Below are positions 44,658 through 53,503 of a stretch of 64,000 nucleotides of DNA, one piece after another (position 1 is the stretch's first letter; every line of letters begins with the position of its first letter). The notes beneath the pieces were generated by a model that was given only the letters and a program-made list of their open reading frames with translations, did not search any database and was not told the DNA's origin. Made by a program: the position numbers and the translations under genes. The DNA lies in assembly GCA_016720465.1 (NCBI GenBank), contig JADKKO010000004.1, positions 1,569,394 through 1,633,393 on the forward strand, in the 5' to 3' direction. Source of the stretch: Holophagaceae bacterium (GTDB taxonomy: Bacteria; Acidobacteriota; Holophagae; Holophagales; Holophagaceae).

Positions 44658-47311
44658 GCATCCCTTCCCAGAATCAATAGGGTACGGTCATCCCGGTTCT
44701 GAGTCTCGAATTTCGCGACGTCCTGGAACACCGCTTCGCAGGCGGCCCTGAGGCTTCCGACCCCCCAGAGCCGCTGCAGTTGCATGCGGAACCGGTCCAG
44801 CCCGTATTGCTCGCCCTTGTGGTCCATGGCTTCCGTCAAACCGTCGCTGTAGAGCACCAGCCACTCCTTGGGCTGCAGCAGGCCTTCCTGGATCTGCCAG
44901 TCGCCTGGACCTGCGGGGCGGAGGCCCAGGCCCCGGCCGTGGGGATTCAATTCCGTGGTTTCGTGCGGCTGGGTCCCCTGGACGAGCAACGCCGGAGGAT
45001 GGCCGGCCCGGGCGAGCCGGTAGTGCCCATCCTCGTCCCACTCCAACAAGCAGAGGGTCAGGAAATCGCGCTGGCTCATCAAAGTGCGCAAGGTGTGGTC
45101 GAGGGAGGGCAGGATCTCCTCGAGGCTTTGGTCTTCCCGTTCCGTGGCGAACTCCAGAAGCGCGATGGACTGGCTCATGTACAGCGCACCAGCAAGTCCC
45201 TTGCCGCTCACATCGCCGACGGCCGCGAGCCAGGAGCCTTTTCCATCGGCGGAACGCCGGTGTTTCACCCAGAGCAGGTCGCCTCCGGTTTCCAGGGCGG
45301 GGTCCAGGCGGAGGGCCAGATGGAAGCCCGGGGTTTCCGGCGGTGTGGTGGTGATCATGCCTTTCTGGATGTGACGGGCCGAAGCCAGTTCCTGCTCCAT
45401 GCGGCCCTGGTCCAGCAGCCTCTGGTGCAGCACCGCCGTATCGAGCACGATGCCGGCCTGGATGGCCACTTCGCGCAGGAGTTCCCGGTCCTCGCGACCG
45501 TAATTCAGTTCGGAATATTTGCCTCCCAGCAGCAGAGCCGTGTGGGGCTTCTCGCCCACCAGGATCAGCACCAGCACCTGGGCTTCCAGGGCATCGATGT
45601 GGGCGCGGAGGGAAGGATCCTGCTCCCGGATCCAATCGGCCTCGTCGCTGCCCAGGCCCAACACCAGCTCCCGGTTTTCCACTGCGTGCCGGACCAGGGA
45701 AGCCGGGATTTCGAAGGTCCTCGCGGGGTAGGAGGCACCGTCTTTTTCAGCGGCTGGAAGCTGGAGGGAGCGGCTGCCGAAAGGCAGCATCAGCATGGTC
45801 TGGGGACGGAAGGCATCCCTCAGGGTGGCCTGCAACCCCGCCAGCAGCGCCTCCTCGGAAAAGCGTTTCTTGGTTTCGCGAAGCTGGCCCAGGATGATTT
45901 CCCGGGTGGTGGAGAGGTCCCTGCGGAAACCTTTCCGCACGGCCTTCAACATGCGCCGCAGGAGCCACCCGACGGGCAGGGCCGAGAGTCCGAGCAAGGC
46001 GCCGATCCAGGCGGGCGGAACGGCCGTCATGCCCTGTGCGAAAAGCCAGGCCAGGCCGCCCAGATAGCACAACAGGACCGTGCCGAGCACCAGGAAATAG
46101 GAAAGCCAGCGCAGGATCGCGCGCCGCACATCCAAAAAGCCATGCCGCACGATGGCGTAGGCGAAGGCCAGGGGCAGCAGGGGCAGGGGCGTGAAGAAGA
46201 CCCAGGCTTCGCGGCGGAAGAGCAGGCTGTTCTTGAAGACGAAACCCAGCACCACCAGCGCCACGAAATCCAGCATCACCGCAGAAGTGAGGATGAGGGC
46301 CGGCAGCAAGGCGCGGCGCCGCGAGGCCGGAAGATGCCAGGCCCCGCGCCAAAAGCAGATCGCGCCGGCGATCGCCGCGGCGAAGATCAGGCTCGTCACC
46401 AGCAGCTGGAACTTGGGGCCGAACAGGGCGGTGATGAACCCTCCCACCGCCTCGAATTGCCGGGGATCCACATGGGTTTTGAAATATTCCCTGAAGGCCT
46501 GCAGCAGGCCGAGCAGGAGGTTGAAAAACCCCACTAGGCCGAAGACCAGGTAGAGCCCCTGGAGGAACCGCCGGTTCTTCCGCAGCGGGAAGGGGTGCGG
46601 GAACCGCAGGAAGAAATGGAACCACATGGGAGGCAGCAGCCCCACGGCGAGGCTTCCGAACAGCACCCTCACCCCGTTGAGCCAGGGCGGAAGCGTGCCC
46701 AGGAATGGCCGCACCACCAGGGGGACCAGCAGGGCCAGGACGCCCATGTAGAAGAAATGGCGGGCGACTTTGCGCTGGGCCGAGGACACCACCACCAGCA
46801 GGCCCAAGCCCCAGGCCACCAGGGCCGACACCACCACGAGCAGGCCGGCGATGCTGAACGGCTTCACCAGCCGGACCGGCTGCTGCAGGGTGCGGCCTTC
46901 GCGCTCCAGGGTGTAGACCAGGATGCGGCCCTCGCCTTCCTCGTTGATCCGGTTCTGGGCGTCGTTCAGGGTCTGGGGCGTCACCTTGCGGCCGCTGATG
47001 GCCTTGAGCACATCGCCTTCCAGCATGCCTGCTTCCTCGGCCACGCCATTGGGCAGGATCTCCCGGATGACCACCCTGTTCCCCTCCACCACCCAGGAGC
47101 ACTGGTCATCGGAATAGGAGTAGACCCATTGGAACAGGGCGAAGGATCCCAGGCAGAGCAGCAGGCCCAGTAGACTGGTGAAGATCAGCCGGAACTTGAT
47201 GCGCTGCAGGGAAGGGGACACTGGATGCCTGAGGAAAAGCCCTGGTGGATTCTGGTGGGTGGGATGCGGAGGCTGGGAGGGGCCCTTGCCGAAGAGCTTG
47301 CCCAGGATCAT
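44654..47311 (-). CDS. polytopic membrane PDZ-domain SpoIIE/PP2C-family serine phosphatase
   Basis: PDZ (VVIREILPNGVAEEAGMLEGDVLKAISG), about 10 TM helices, then a PP2C/SpoIIE core (GGDLLWV...AVGDVSGKGLAGALYMS...LYSDGLTE). The start is uncertain (47335, 47311 or a GTG at 47221). Confidence 0.85.
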   Translation of the reverse strand: MILGKLFGKGPSQPPHPTHQNPPGLFLRHPVSPSLQRIKFRLIFTSLLGLLLCLGSFALFQWVYSYSDDQCSWVVEGNRVVIREILPNGVAEEAGMLEGDVLKAISGRKVTPQTLNDAQNRINEEGEGRILVYTLEREGRTLQQPVRLVKPFSIAGLLVVVSALVAWGLGLLVVVSSAQRKVARHFFYMGVLALLVPLVVRPFLGTLPPWLNGVRVLFGSLAVGLLPPMWFHFFLRFPHPFPLRKNRRFLQGLYLVFGLVGFFNLLLGLLQAFREYFKTHVDPRQFEAVGGFITALFGPKFQLLVTSLIFAAAIAGAICFWRGAWHLPASRRRALLPALILTSAVMLDFVALVVLGFVFKNSLLFRREAWVFFTPLPLLPLAFAYAIVRHGFLDVRRAILRWLSYFLVLGTVLLCYLGGLAWLFAQGMTAVPPAWIGALLGLSALPVGWLLRRMLKAVRKGFRRDLSTTREIILGQLRETKKRFSEEALLAGLQATLRDAFRPQTMLMLPFGSRSLQLPAAEKDGASYPARTFEIPASLVRHAVENRELVLGLGSDEADWIREQDPSLRAHIDALEAQVLVLILVGEKPHTALLLGGKYSELNYGREDRELLREVAIQAGIVLDTAVLHQRLLDQGRMEQELASARHIQKGMITTTPPETPGFHLALRLDPALETGGDLLWVKHRRSADGKGSWLAAVGDVSGKGLAGALYMSQSIALLEFATEREDQSLEEILPSLDHTLRTLMSQRDFLTLCLLEWDEDGHYRLARAGHPPALLVQGTQPHETTELNPHGRGLGLRPAGPGDWQIQEGLLQPKEWLVLYSDGLTEAMDHKGEQYGLDRFRMQLQRLWGVGSLRAACEAVFQDVAKFETQNRDDRTLLILGRDA

Positions 47312-47938
47312 GCGCTGGTGTTGACCGGTTCTCAAGACGCTGATGGGGAATGGTCAACGGAGCTTGCCCGCCGCACTCAGGTCCGGACCTTCCGGTGGAA
47401 TGCCATGGATCCGGAGCTTGGCCCCCTGATGATGGCAGACCTGGATGGACTTGAAAGCGCCGGAGTCCGGTTGGCCGGGGCGGTGATCGCGGCTGGGACG
47501 TTCCCTGAACAACCATTCGGGGCGTGGACCGCGGAGGAACTGGAAATTATCTGGCGCGTGAATTTGAGCTTTCCCATGATGTGCGCCCAGGCGCTTGCGC
47601 CAAGGCTCGCCGACCGGAGCTGCATCCAATTCCTGGTGGATACCTGCATCCACCGTCCTTTCCTGAAAAGGCTGCCCTACAGCGCCTCGAAGTCCGGCCT
47701 CGCTTCACTGGTGCCTGGCCTGGCGCAGGTGCTCGCCCCCCGCCTCCGGGTGGTCGGCCACGCCATCGGAACGGTGCTTCCCGACCCTTCCATCGACCCC
47801 GCCTGGCTGGCCTCCCAAAGCCTGCTCGGGCGCAACGGGGGCCCGGCGGATGTGGCCCGCAGCCTGAGGTTCGCAGCAGCAAGCCCCTACCTGACCGGGG
47901 AGATCCTCACGCTCGATGGCGGGCGACGCTGGCGTTGA
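47225..47938 (+). CDS. short-chain dehydrogenase/reductase (FolM/pteridine-reductase-like)
   Basis: ILVGGMRRLGGALA glycine-rich motif, catalytic YSASKSG, C-terminal ITGEILTLDGG. Confidence 0.75.
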   Translation: MPEEKPWWILVGGMRRLGGALAEELAQDHALVLTGSQDADGEWSTELARRTQVRTFRWNAMDPELGPLMMADLDGLESAGVRLAGAVIAAGTFPEQPFGAWTAEELEIIWRVNLSFPMMCAQALAPRLADRSCIQFLVDTCIHRPFLKRLPYSASKSGLASLVPGLAQVLAPRLRVVGHAIGTVLPDPSIDPAWLASQSLLGRNGGPADVARSLRFAAASPYLTGEILTLDGGRRWR

Positions 47939-48072
47939 TCCGGGCCATGGCAAAACGGCCCGCGCTGCCCAGCGATCACCACCCTGGGCATCAAGGCCGG
48001 TCCGCCATTGGAAACACCTGTTTTTAAGCAGCGGCCTAGGGATATTCCGGAACGGGTCCTAGACTTGAAGGT

Positions 48073-48756
48073 TTGGACAAGGTCCACGTGCGATTCAAGG
48101 TCAACGAGATCTTCCACAGCATCCAGGGCGAGGGCACCCGCGCCGGGCGGACCTGCGTCTTCGTGCGGCTCACGGGATGCCCGTTGCGCTGCGTCTACTG
48201 CGACACGGCGTACGCCTTCCATGAAGGCGCTTTCATGGGGCTGGAAGAAATCGTCGCTGAGGTTAAGCGGCGATTGGGACCGCCCCGGAAGGGGCCGGAT
48301 GCGCCCTTCGTGGAACTCACGGGCGGTGAACCGCTAGCCATTCCAGGTGCGCCGGAATTGTTGAAGTCCTTCCTGGCCCTGGGCTGCGAGGTGGCCGTGG
48401 AGACAGCCGGAAGCCACGACATCGCCCCGGTGCCGCGCGAGGTCATCAAGATCATGGACCGCAAGACTCCGGCCAGCGGCGAAGGCCATCGCTGGCTGGA
48501 ATCGAACCTGGACCACCTGGTCCCCGGGCAGGATGAATTGAAATTCGTGATCATGGACCAGGCGGACTACGAATGGTCGAAAGCCTGGTGCTCGGAACGG
48601 GATGTGTGGGACCGCTTCACCGTGCTGTTCAGTCCCGTGCACGGCGATCTTGATCCGGTCTGGCTGGCCGAAGCCATCCTCAAAGATGCGCTGCCGGTGC
48701 GGTTCCAGATCCAGCTCCACAAGCTGATCTGGGGGCCCGACCGCAACGGCGTCTAG
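48073..48756 (+). CDS. queE: 7-carboxy-7-deazaguanine synthase (radical SAM)
   Basis: NEIFHSIQGEG and FVRLTGCPLRCVYCDT motifs. Confidence 0.85.
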   Translation: MDKVHVRFKVNEIFHSIQGEGTRAGRTCVFVRLTGCPLRCVYCDTAYAFHEGAFMGLEEIVAEVKRRLGPPRKGPDAPFVELTGGEPLAIPGAPELLKSFLALGCEVAVETAGSHDIAPVPREVIKIMDRKTPASGEGHRWLESNLDHLVPGQDELKFVIMDQADYEWSKAWCSERDVWDRFTVLFSPVHGDLDPVWLAEAILKDALPVRFQIQLHKLIWGPDRNGV

Positions 48757-48785
48757 GCGCCCTCGCGGGGTCCCGGGGCGGCTTC

Positions 48786-49634
48786 CTATTGCTTCCACTG
48801 CTGGAGCTGCTGCTCCAGCGGGCCGGTCACTGCGGCGCCCTGCTTTCTGGATCTGGCCATGGCCAGGGCTTTTTCCGTGAGTTTCACGGCCTGGGCCTTG
48901 TCGCCATGGAGATGGAGCAGGCGCGCCTTCACCGCCAGGTTGGCGGGCTGCTCGTTCAGCTTGATGGAGCGTTCGATCCAGCCCAGCGCCTCGCCCATGT
49001 GGATCTCCTGGTCGACGCAGTACAGCGCCGCATCGCTCATGAGCTTCCAATCATTGGGCCGTTCCCGCATGGCCTTGCGCATCTTCGCGGTGACGATCTC
49101 ATCCACATCCACCTCGACGATCAGGCTCACGCGGAGCTTTTCCCAGTAGAGATCCACGTACGCCGTGGCGCTGCTGGCGGGGTAGATCTCGTAGGTCAGC
49201 CACTCCGTGTGGGGCACCGCTTTGGGTTTCACGTCCAGGCGCAGCACATCCTCGCGGGGGTCGTATTCCCAGGCTCCCTGCTGGCGGGCGCGTTTGTTCA
49301 GGATCACCGTCCAGCGGTCCTGATAGGGGATGGAGAAAAGCGCGTAGGTGCCGGCCGCCACCTTCTGCCCGTTGACCTGCACCGGGTCGCCGAAGCGGAT
49401 GGTGGTGGCTGCATTGGCGCCGGTGCGCCAGACCTGCCCGTAGGGCACGAGGCTGCCGAAAATCTGCCGCCCCCTCACCGCGGGCCGGTGGTATTGGACT
49501 TCCACCGTGGTGGTGCCGATGGTCTGTGAGACGCTGGCTGAAGGGCTCAGCTGGGGGAAGATCGGAGGCGCCTGGGCCGGGAGCGGCCATGCGCAAGCAA
49601 CCGCCAGGGAATAATATGCAGCTTTATGCATCAT
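48786..49634 (-). CDS. DUF2911 domain protein with TPR-like C-terminus (paralog 1)
   Basis: Met51 of the ORF gives a signal peptide. YHRPAVRGRQIFGSLVPYGQVWRTGANAATTIRF...GTYALFSIP is the DUF2911 signature. Confidence 0.8.
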   Translation of the reverse strand: MMHKAAYYSLAVACAWPLPAQAPPIFPQLSPSASVSQTIGTTTVEVQYHRPAVRGRQIFGSLVPYGQVWRTGANAATTIRFGDPVQVNGQKVAAGTYALFSIPYQDRWTVILNKRARQQGAWEYDPREDVLRLDVKPKAVPHTEWLTYEIYPASSATAYVDLYWEKLRVSLIVEVDVDEIVTAKMRKAMRERPNDWKLMSDAALYCVDQEIHMGEALGWIERSIKLNEQPANLAVKARLLHLHGDKAQAVKLTEKALAMARSRKQGAAVTGPLEQQLQQWKQ

Positions 49635-50542
49635 GCGCCTTTGACTCCGGATTTCCATTCGGCGAGTTCCCGCTCTTTGTCCGCGAACCATTCCTTGGGT
49701 GGCTGCTTGCCGGGGGGCAGCGCCCGGGCGGTCTGGATGGCCTTCTCCAGCCACGCGGCCGCCTCGGGGAGCTGGCCCTGCCACCGCAGGATCCGGGCCT
49801 TGGTCTCCTGGTTCCAGAAACTCGTTCCGGCCTTGAGGCTCTTGTCGATCCAGGCGCTGGCGAGGTCGGCCCGGATCTCATGCCTCTGGCAATAGTCCGC
49901 CGCCTGGTGCCAGGGCACCCAGTCGGTGTCCGGCGCGGCGGCCAGCTTGGATTCCAGGTGCTTCCAGTAGATCGCCCTGGTGTCGAAGGCCACCGGGAAG
50001 CCCACCCTCACCGCTTCCCAGGACAGCTCGATCCGGGCGCTGGATTCCCCGGTGAGCCGGATCCGGAAGTCCAGCCATTCTTCATAGGGAACGCTCTCCA
50101 CGCCCACCTCGAACCGCAGGAGGTCATCCTTCGCGTCGTAGGAATAGGAGCCCCACTGCTGGGCCTTGCGGCTCAGGACCAGAGTCCAGCGGCCAGGTCC
50201 GGGGATGGCGAACAAGGCGTAGGTGCCTGCCGGGACCTCCTTGCCGGCCACCTTGCAGGGGTCGCTGAAGGTGATGGTCGTCGCCGCGTTGGCGCCAGCC
50301 CGCCAGACCTGGCCGAAGGGCACCAGGCCGCCCCAGATGACCCGGCCCTTCACCGCGGGCCGGTTGAAGGTCAGCTTCACGGAACTGATGCCGATGTCCT
50401 GCGACAGGGTGGTTGCGGGGCTGGTTCGGAGGGGCGTGAGGCGCACCGGTTCGGCGGGCTTCGCCGCGGGTTGGGCGGCTGGGGCCGGGGCCTGGGCCGA
50501 GAGCATGGCCGGGGCAAGGAGGAGGGAGATGGGAAGGCGCAT
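49631..50542 (-). CDS. DUF2911 domain protein with TPR-like C-terminus (paralog 2)
   Basis: Met223 of ORF 49631-51208 gives a signal peptide. FNRPAVKGRVIWGGLVPFGQVWRAGANAATTITF...GTYALFAIP. The stop overlaps the paralog-1 start by 4 nt. Confidence 0.8.
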   Translation of the reverse strand: MRLPISLLLAPAMLSAQAPAPAAQPAAKPAEPVRLTPLRTSPATTLSQDIGISSVKLTFNRPAVKGRVIWGGLVPFGQVWRAGANAATTITFSDPCKVAGKEVPAGTYALFAIPGPGRWTLVLSRKAQQWGSYSYDAKDDLLRFEVGVESVPYEEWLDFRIRLTGESSARIELSWEAVRVGFPVAFDTRAIYWKHLESKLAAAPDTDWVPWHQAADYCQRHEIRADLASAWIDKSLKAGTSFWNQETKARILRWQGQLPEAAAWLEKAIQTARALPPGKQPPKEWFADKERELAEWKSGVKGA

Positions 50543-50616
50543 GGAAGCTCCAGGCTTTGTTTGGAGTTTAGGGCGTGTTTCAACTCGAGGCGCGGCCGCT
50601 TTCAGAATCCATTGGC

Positions 50617-51573
50617 TCAGTACCCCCGCCCGCGGTCCACCACGTTCAGGACGGGCCGGCCCTCGGCGAAGCGGTGCAGGCTGTCGAGAATGTCCGGGAT
50701 CAGATCCTTCGGCGTGGAGGGACCGCTGTGGTGGGGGGTGACGGTGACCTTCGGGTGGCGCCACAAGGGAGAGCTGGAGGGCAGGGGTTCTTCCAGGAAC
50801 ACATCCAACACCGCCCGGCCCAGGTTGCCTGAATCGAGGGCTGCGAGCAGGTCTTCCTCCCTCACCAGATCGCCGCGGCCGACGTTGATGAGGGTCAGGT
50901 TGGAATTCCCGTGGCTCAGGAAGCGCGCATCCACCAGGCCGCGGGTCTCGGGGGTGGAAGGGGCCGCGAGCACCAGGCAGCGGGCCGCGGGCAGCAGTTC
51001 CGGCAATCCATCCGGGGTCCGCAACGGGAATTCGCCATCCTCCCGGGCGTTCCGCACCAGGCCGGTGACATCCATTCCCAGCTCTCGCAGGGCCCGGCCG
51101 ATCTGTCTCCCGATGCGGCCGAAACCCAGCACCAGCGCGCTCTTGCCGCCGAGGTCCTCGGGGATGAGCTTGGGATTCCAGTGGACCTCCGCCTGCGCGC
51201 GGGCGCATCCCTCCAGCCGCTGCGCCTCGCTGAGCAGGTGCCCGCAGACGTAGCGCGCCATCCAGAACCCGAAGTGGCCGTCAGCCCGGGAGATGGGAAT
51301 CTGAACGGGCAGTTCGGGGTGGGCTACCAGGTGGTCCATCCCCGCGCCGCTGTTCTGCACCCAGGCGAGCCTGGGCATCCCGGCGGCCAGGCCGGCCGGA
51401 AGCTGCCAGCAAAAAAGCGCTTCGGCTTCCGCCAGCCAGGCCGGGTCGATGGAGGCCCAGTCCCGTGGATGGGCGCCCCGGATGTCGAGGCGGGGCTCGG
51501 CCTCCTTCAATGTCGGAACCCATTCCGCAAAACGATGGTGGATGACTGCGAGCTTGCGCCCAGGATTGCCCAT
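50617..51573 (-). CDS. D-isomer-specific 2-hydroxyacid dehydrogenase (GhrA-like)
   Basis: NAD-binding LVLGFGRIGRQIGRAL, then LINVGRGDLV and TPHHSG catalytic-region motifs. Confidence 0.85.
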   Translation of the reverse strand: MGNPGRKLAVIHHRFAEWVPTLKEAEPRLDIRGAHPRDWASIDPAWLAEAEALFCWQLPAGLAAGMPRLAWVQNSGAGMDHLVAHPELPVQIPISRADGHFGFWMARYVCGHLLSEAQRLEGCARAQAEVHWNPKLIPEDLGGKSALVLGFGRIGRQIGRALRELGMDVTGLVRNAREDGEFPLRTPDGLPELLPAARCLVLAAPSTPETRGLVDARFLSHGNSNLTLINVGRGDLVREEDLLAALDSGNLGRAVLDVFLEEPLPSSSPLWRHPKVTVTPHHSGPSTPKDLIPDILDSLHRFAEGRPVLNVVDRGRGY

Positions 51574-51685
51574 GGATCCAAGATTCCCGAATTAGCGGCT
51601 GGGGGGAAGATTCGATTTTTTGTTACAGATCACATCGGATTCCTGGAATGCTATTTAACGATGGGCCGATGCCCAAGGAGGATTC

Positions 51686-51898
51686 ATGAAGAAGCTCGTA
51701 CTCACCGCCCTGGTCGCTGCCTTCGCCGTGTCTGGTTTCGCCGGTGACACCAAGAAGTGCGATCCCGCGAATTGCAAAGACAAGGCCTGCACCGAGAAGG
51801 CTGACAAGAAGGCCTGCAAGGAAGCTTGCAAGGATGCCTGCAAGGACAAGAAAGCCTGCGAAAAGAAGCCCGAAGCCGCCAAGGCTCCGAAGGCCTGA
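51686..51898 (+). CDS. small secreted Cys/Lys-rich protein
   Basis: AAGGAGG lies 4-5 nt upstream, followed by a Sec signal peptide (MKKLVLTALVAAFAVSGFA). The mature 50 aa carry 7 Cys in reiterated K-x-A-C units, and a strong terminator follows immediately. Confidence 0.7.
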   Translation: MKKLVLTALVAAFAVSGFAGDTKKCDPANCKDKACTEKADKKACKEACKDACKDKKACEKKPEAAKAPKA

Positions 51899-51918
51899 TT
51901 TCCGACAACAGGTCCAAC

Positions 51919-51955
51919 CCGCATGGCTGAATCCTCGGCCATGCGGTTTTTTTTT
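51919..51955 (+). terminator. rho-independent terminator
   Basis: CCGCATGGC-(10 nt)-GCCATGCGG followed by a T9 run. The T-run overlaps the lipA stop codon on the opposite strand. Confidence 0.8.
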
Positions 51956-52847
51956 AGGCCGAGGCAGGCTCTAGGCTTTCCCTCGCGTGGTAGCTGCTCC
52001 GCACCAGCGGGCCGCTTTCCACACGCTGGAAGCCCATTTCCAGGCCCTTCCGGCGGTACATGTCGAATTCCTCAGGGTCCACATAGCGGTGGAGCGGCAG
52101 GTGCGACCGGGTCGGCGGCAAATACTGGCCCAGGGTGGCGATGTCCACGCTGGCGGCGCGCCAATCCTTCATCAGCTCCAGCACCTGTCCGGGGGTCTCG
52201 CCAAGGCCCACCATGATGCCGCTCTTGGTGCGCAGGCCGGGATGCGATGAGTCCCGGCGCGAAGCCGCCCGGCGCAGGACCGTCATGGATTGCTCGTAGT
52301 CCGCGTCTGGACGCACGCGTTTGTAGAGATGAGGCACCGTTTCCACGTTGTGGTTGAGCACTTCAGGGCGGGCCGCCAACACGGCATCCAGCGCCTGGCC
52401 GTCGCCGCGGAAATCGGGGATCAGGACTTCCACGCCGCAACCCTTGTTCAAAGAATGAATCCAGCGAATGGTATCCGCGATGTGCGCTGCGCCCCCATCC
52501 GGCAGATCATCGCGGTTCACCGATGTCACCACCGCGAACACAAGGTTGAGCGAGGCCACGGCTTCGGCCACCCGCTGGGGTTCCTCGGGGTCCAGACCAC
52601 CGGGCTTGCCTTTGCCCACGCTGCAAAATCCGCAATGCCGCGTGCAGATGTCTCCCATCAGCATGAAGGTGGCCGTGCGATGCACCCCCCAGCATTCGTG
52701 CAGATTGGGGCACCGGGCCTCCTCGCAGACGGTGACAAGCTGCTTTCCGCGCATCAGGGCGGCGACCTCGTCCACGACTTCGGGGGCCGGGATGCGGATC
52801 TTCAACCAATCGGGGCGCTTGCCGGGGAGGACAGGGGGGCGGGCCAT
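51954..52847 (-). CDS. lipA: lipoyl synthase
   Basis: CEEARCPNLHEC auxiliary cluster motif and the radical-SAM motif CTRHCGFC. Confidence 0.95.
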   Translation of the reverse strand: MARPPVLPGKRPDWLKIRIPAPEVVDEVAALMRGKQLVTVCEEARCPNLHECWGVHRTATFMLMGDICTRHCGFCSVGKGKPGGLDPEEPQRVAEAVASLNLVFAVVTSVNRDDLPDGGAAHIADTIRWIHSLNKGCGVEVLIPDFRGDGQALDAVLAARPEVLNHNVETVPHLYKRVRPDADYEQSMTVLRRAASRRDSSHPGLRTKSGIMVGLGETPGQVLELMKDWRAASVDIATLGQYLPPTRSHLPLHRYVDPEEFDMYRRKGLEMGFQRVESGPLVRSSYHARESLEPASA

Positions 52848-53106
52848 TCAATGATTCTCCAGGGAGTTGTTGCAATACGCAACGAGGTGGGGTCCGCGAA
52901 GGAGGCATCCCGAGGCCAGGCGCTTGGCCGAATCCGAATCCATGCCGCCAGATATCATGGGAATGAATGGTTTTGTGAACTGTGACGAAATACCGGCTGC
53001 TTGGCCCTTCTCTTGCCACTTCCCAGGGTGTAGAAATTTAGAAGGCCACAAGCTCAACCGGCAACCACCCCCTTGCCTATTCAGGCAGGCTTTTCTAGAG
53101 GTACTC

Positions 53107-53379
53107 ATGCGCCGCACTCAACTCGCCCTTCTCGCCGCCGCCGCGATTCTCGCCGTGGCCGGCCCCGCCGATGCCAAGCTTCCCTATGTGAAGAAGGCCA
53201 AGGATCTCGGCTTCACCTACATCCAGAACTGCGCGTCCTGCCACGTCGACAAGATGCCGAAGAAGGAAGCGAAGGGCGAACCCTTCGGCGAAGTCGGCAA
53301 ATGGCTGATGGCCCAGAAGGCCAAGAACAAGGCCGCCGAAGTGGATGTGGCTTGGCTGAAGGACTACAAAGCCAAGTGA
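53107..53379 (+). CDS. small periplasmic monoheme c-type cytochrome
   Basis: Met81 of ORF 52867-53379 gives a signal peptide (MRRTQLALLAAAAILAVAGPADA). There is a single CASCH haem-binding motif with downstream Met candidates. The mature protein is about 67 aa and Lys-rich. Confidence 0.7.
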   Translation: MRRTQLALLAAAAILAVAGPADAKLPYVKKAKDLGFTYIQNCASCHVDKMPKKEAKGEPFGEVGKWLMAQKAKNKAAEVDVAWLKDYKAK

Positions 53380-53431
53380 CCGTCCGCTTCCGTCATGAAG
53401 CACTGATGGCTTGAATGGCGGATTGAAAGAC

Positions 53432-53478
53432 CGGACCCGGCAGATTCCGATGAAGGAATCCGCCGGGTCCGCTTTTTT
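53432..53478 (+). terminator. rho-independent terminator
   Basis: Extended hairpin CGGACCCGGC-A-GATTCC-gatgaa-GGAATC-C-GCCGGGTCCG followed by CTTTTTTG. Confidence 0.8.
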
Positions 53479-53503
53479 GTTCCCAGGCTGCCGGTTGGGG
53501 GCC

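Noticed and set aside
47939-48072. preQ1 riboswitch upstream of queE.
   Set aside because: No preQ1-type small hairpin followed by an A-rich tail or pseudoknot motif is visible. Only a weak 5-bp inverted repeat is present.
51686-52847. The Cys-rich small protein as a RiPP precursor matured by the adjacent radical-SAM enzyme.
   Set aside because: The radical-SAM gene is a textbook lipA on the opposite strand (convergent). The peptide has a Sec signal peptide rather than a leader. No protease, transporter or cyclase genes are nearby.
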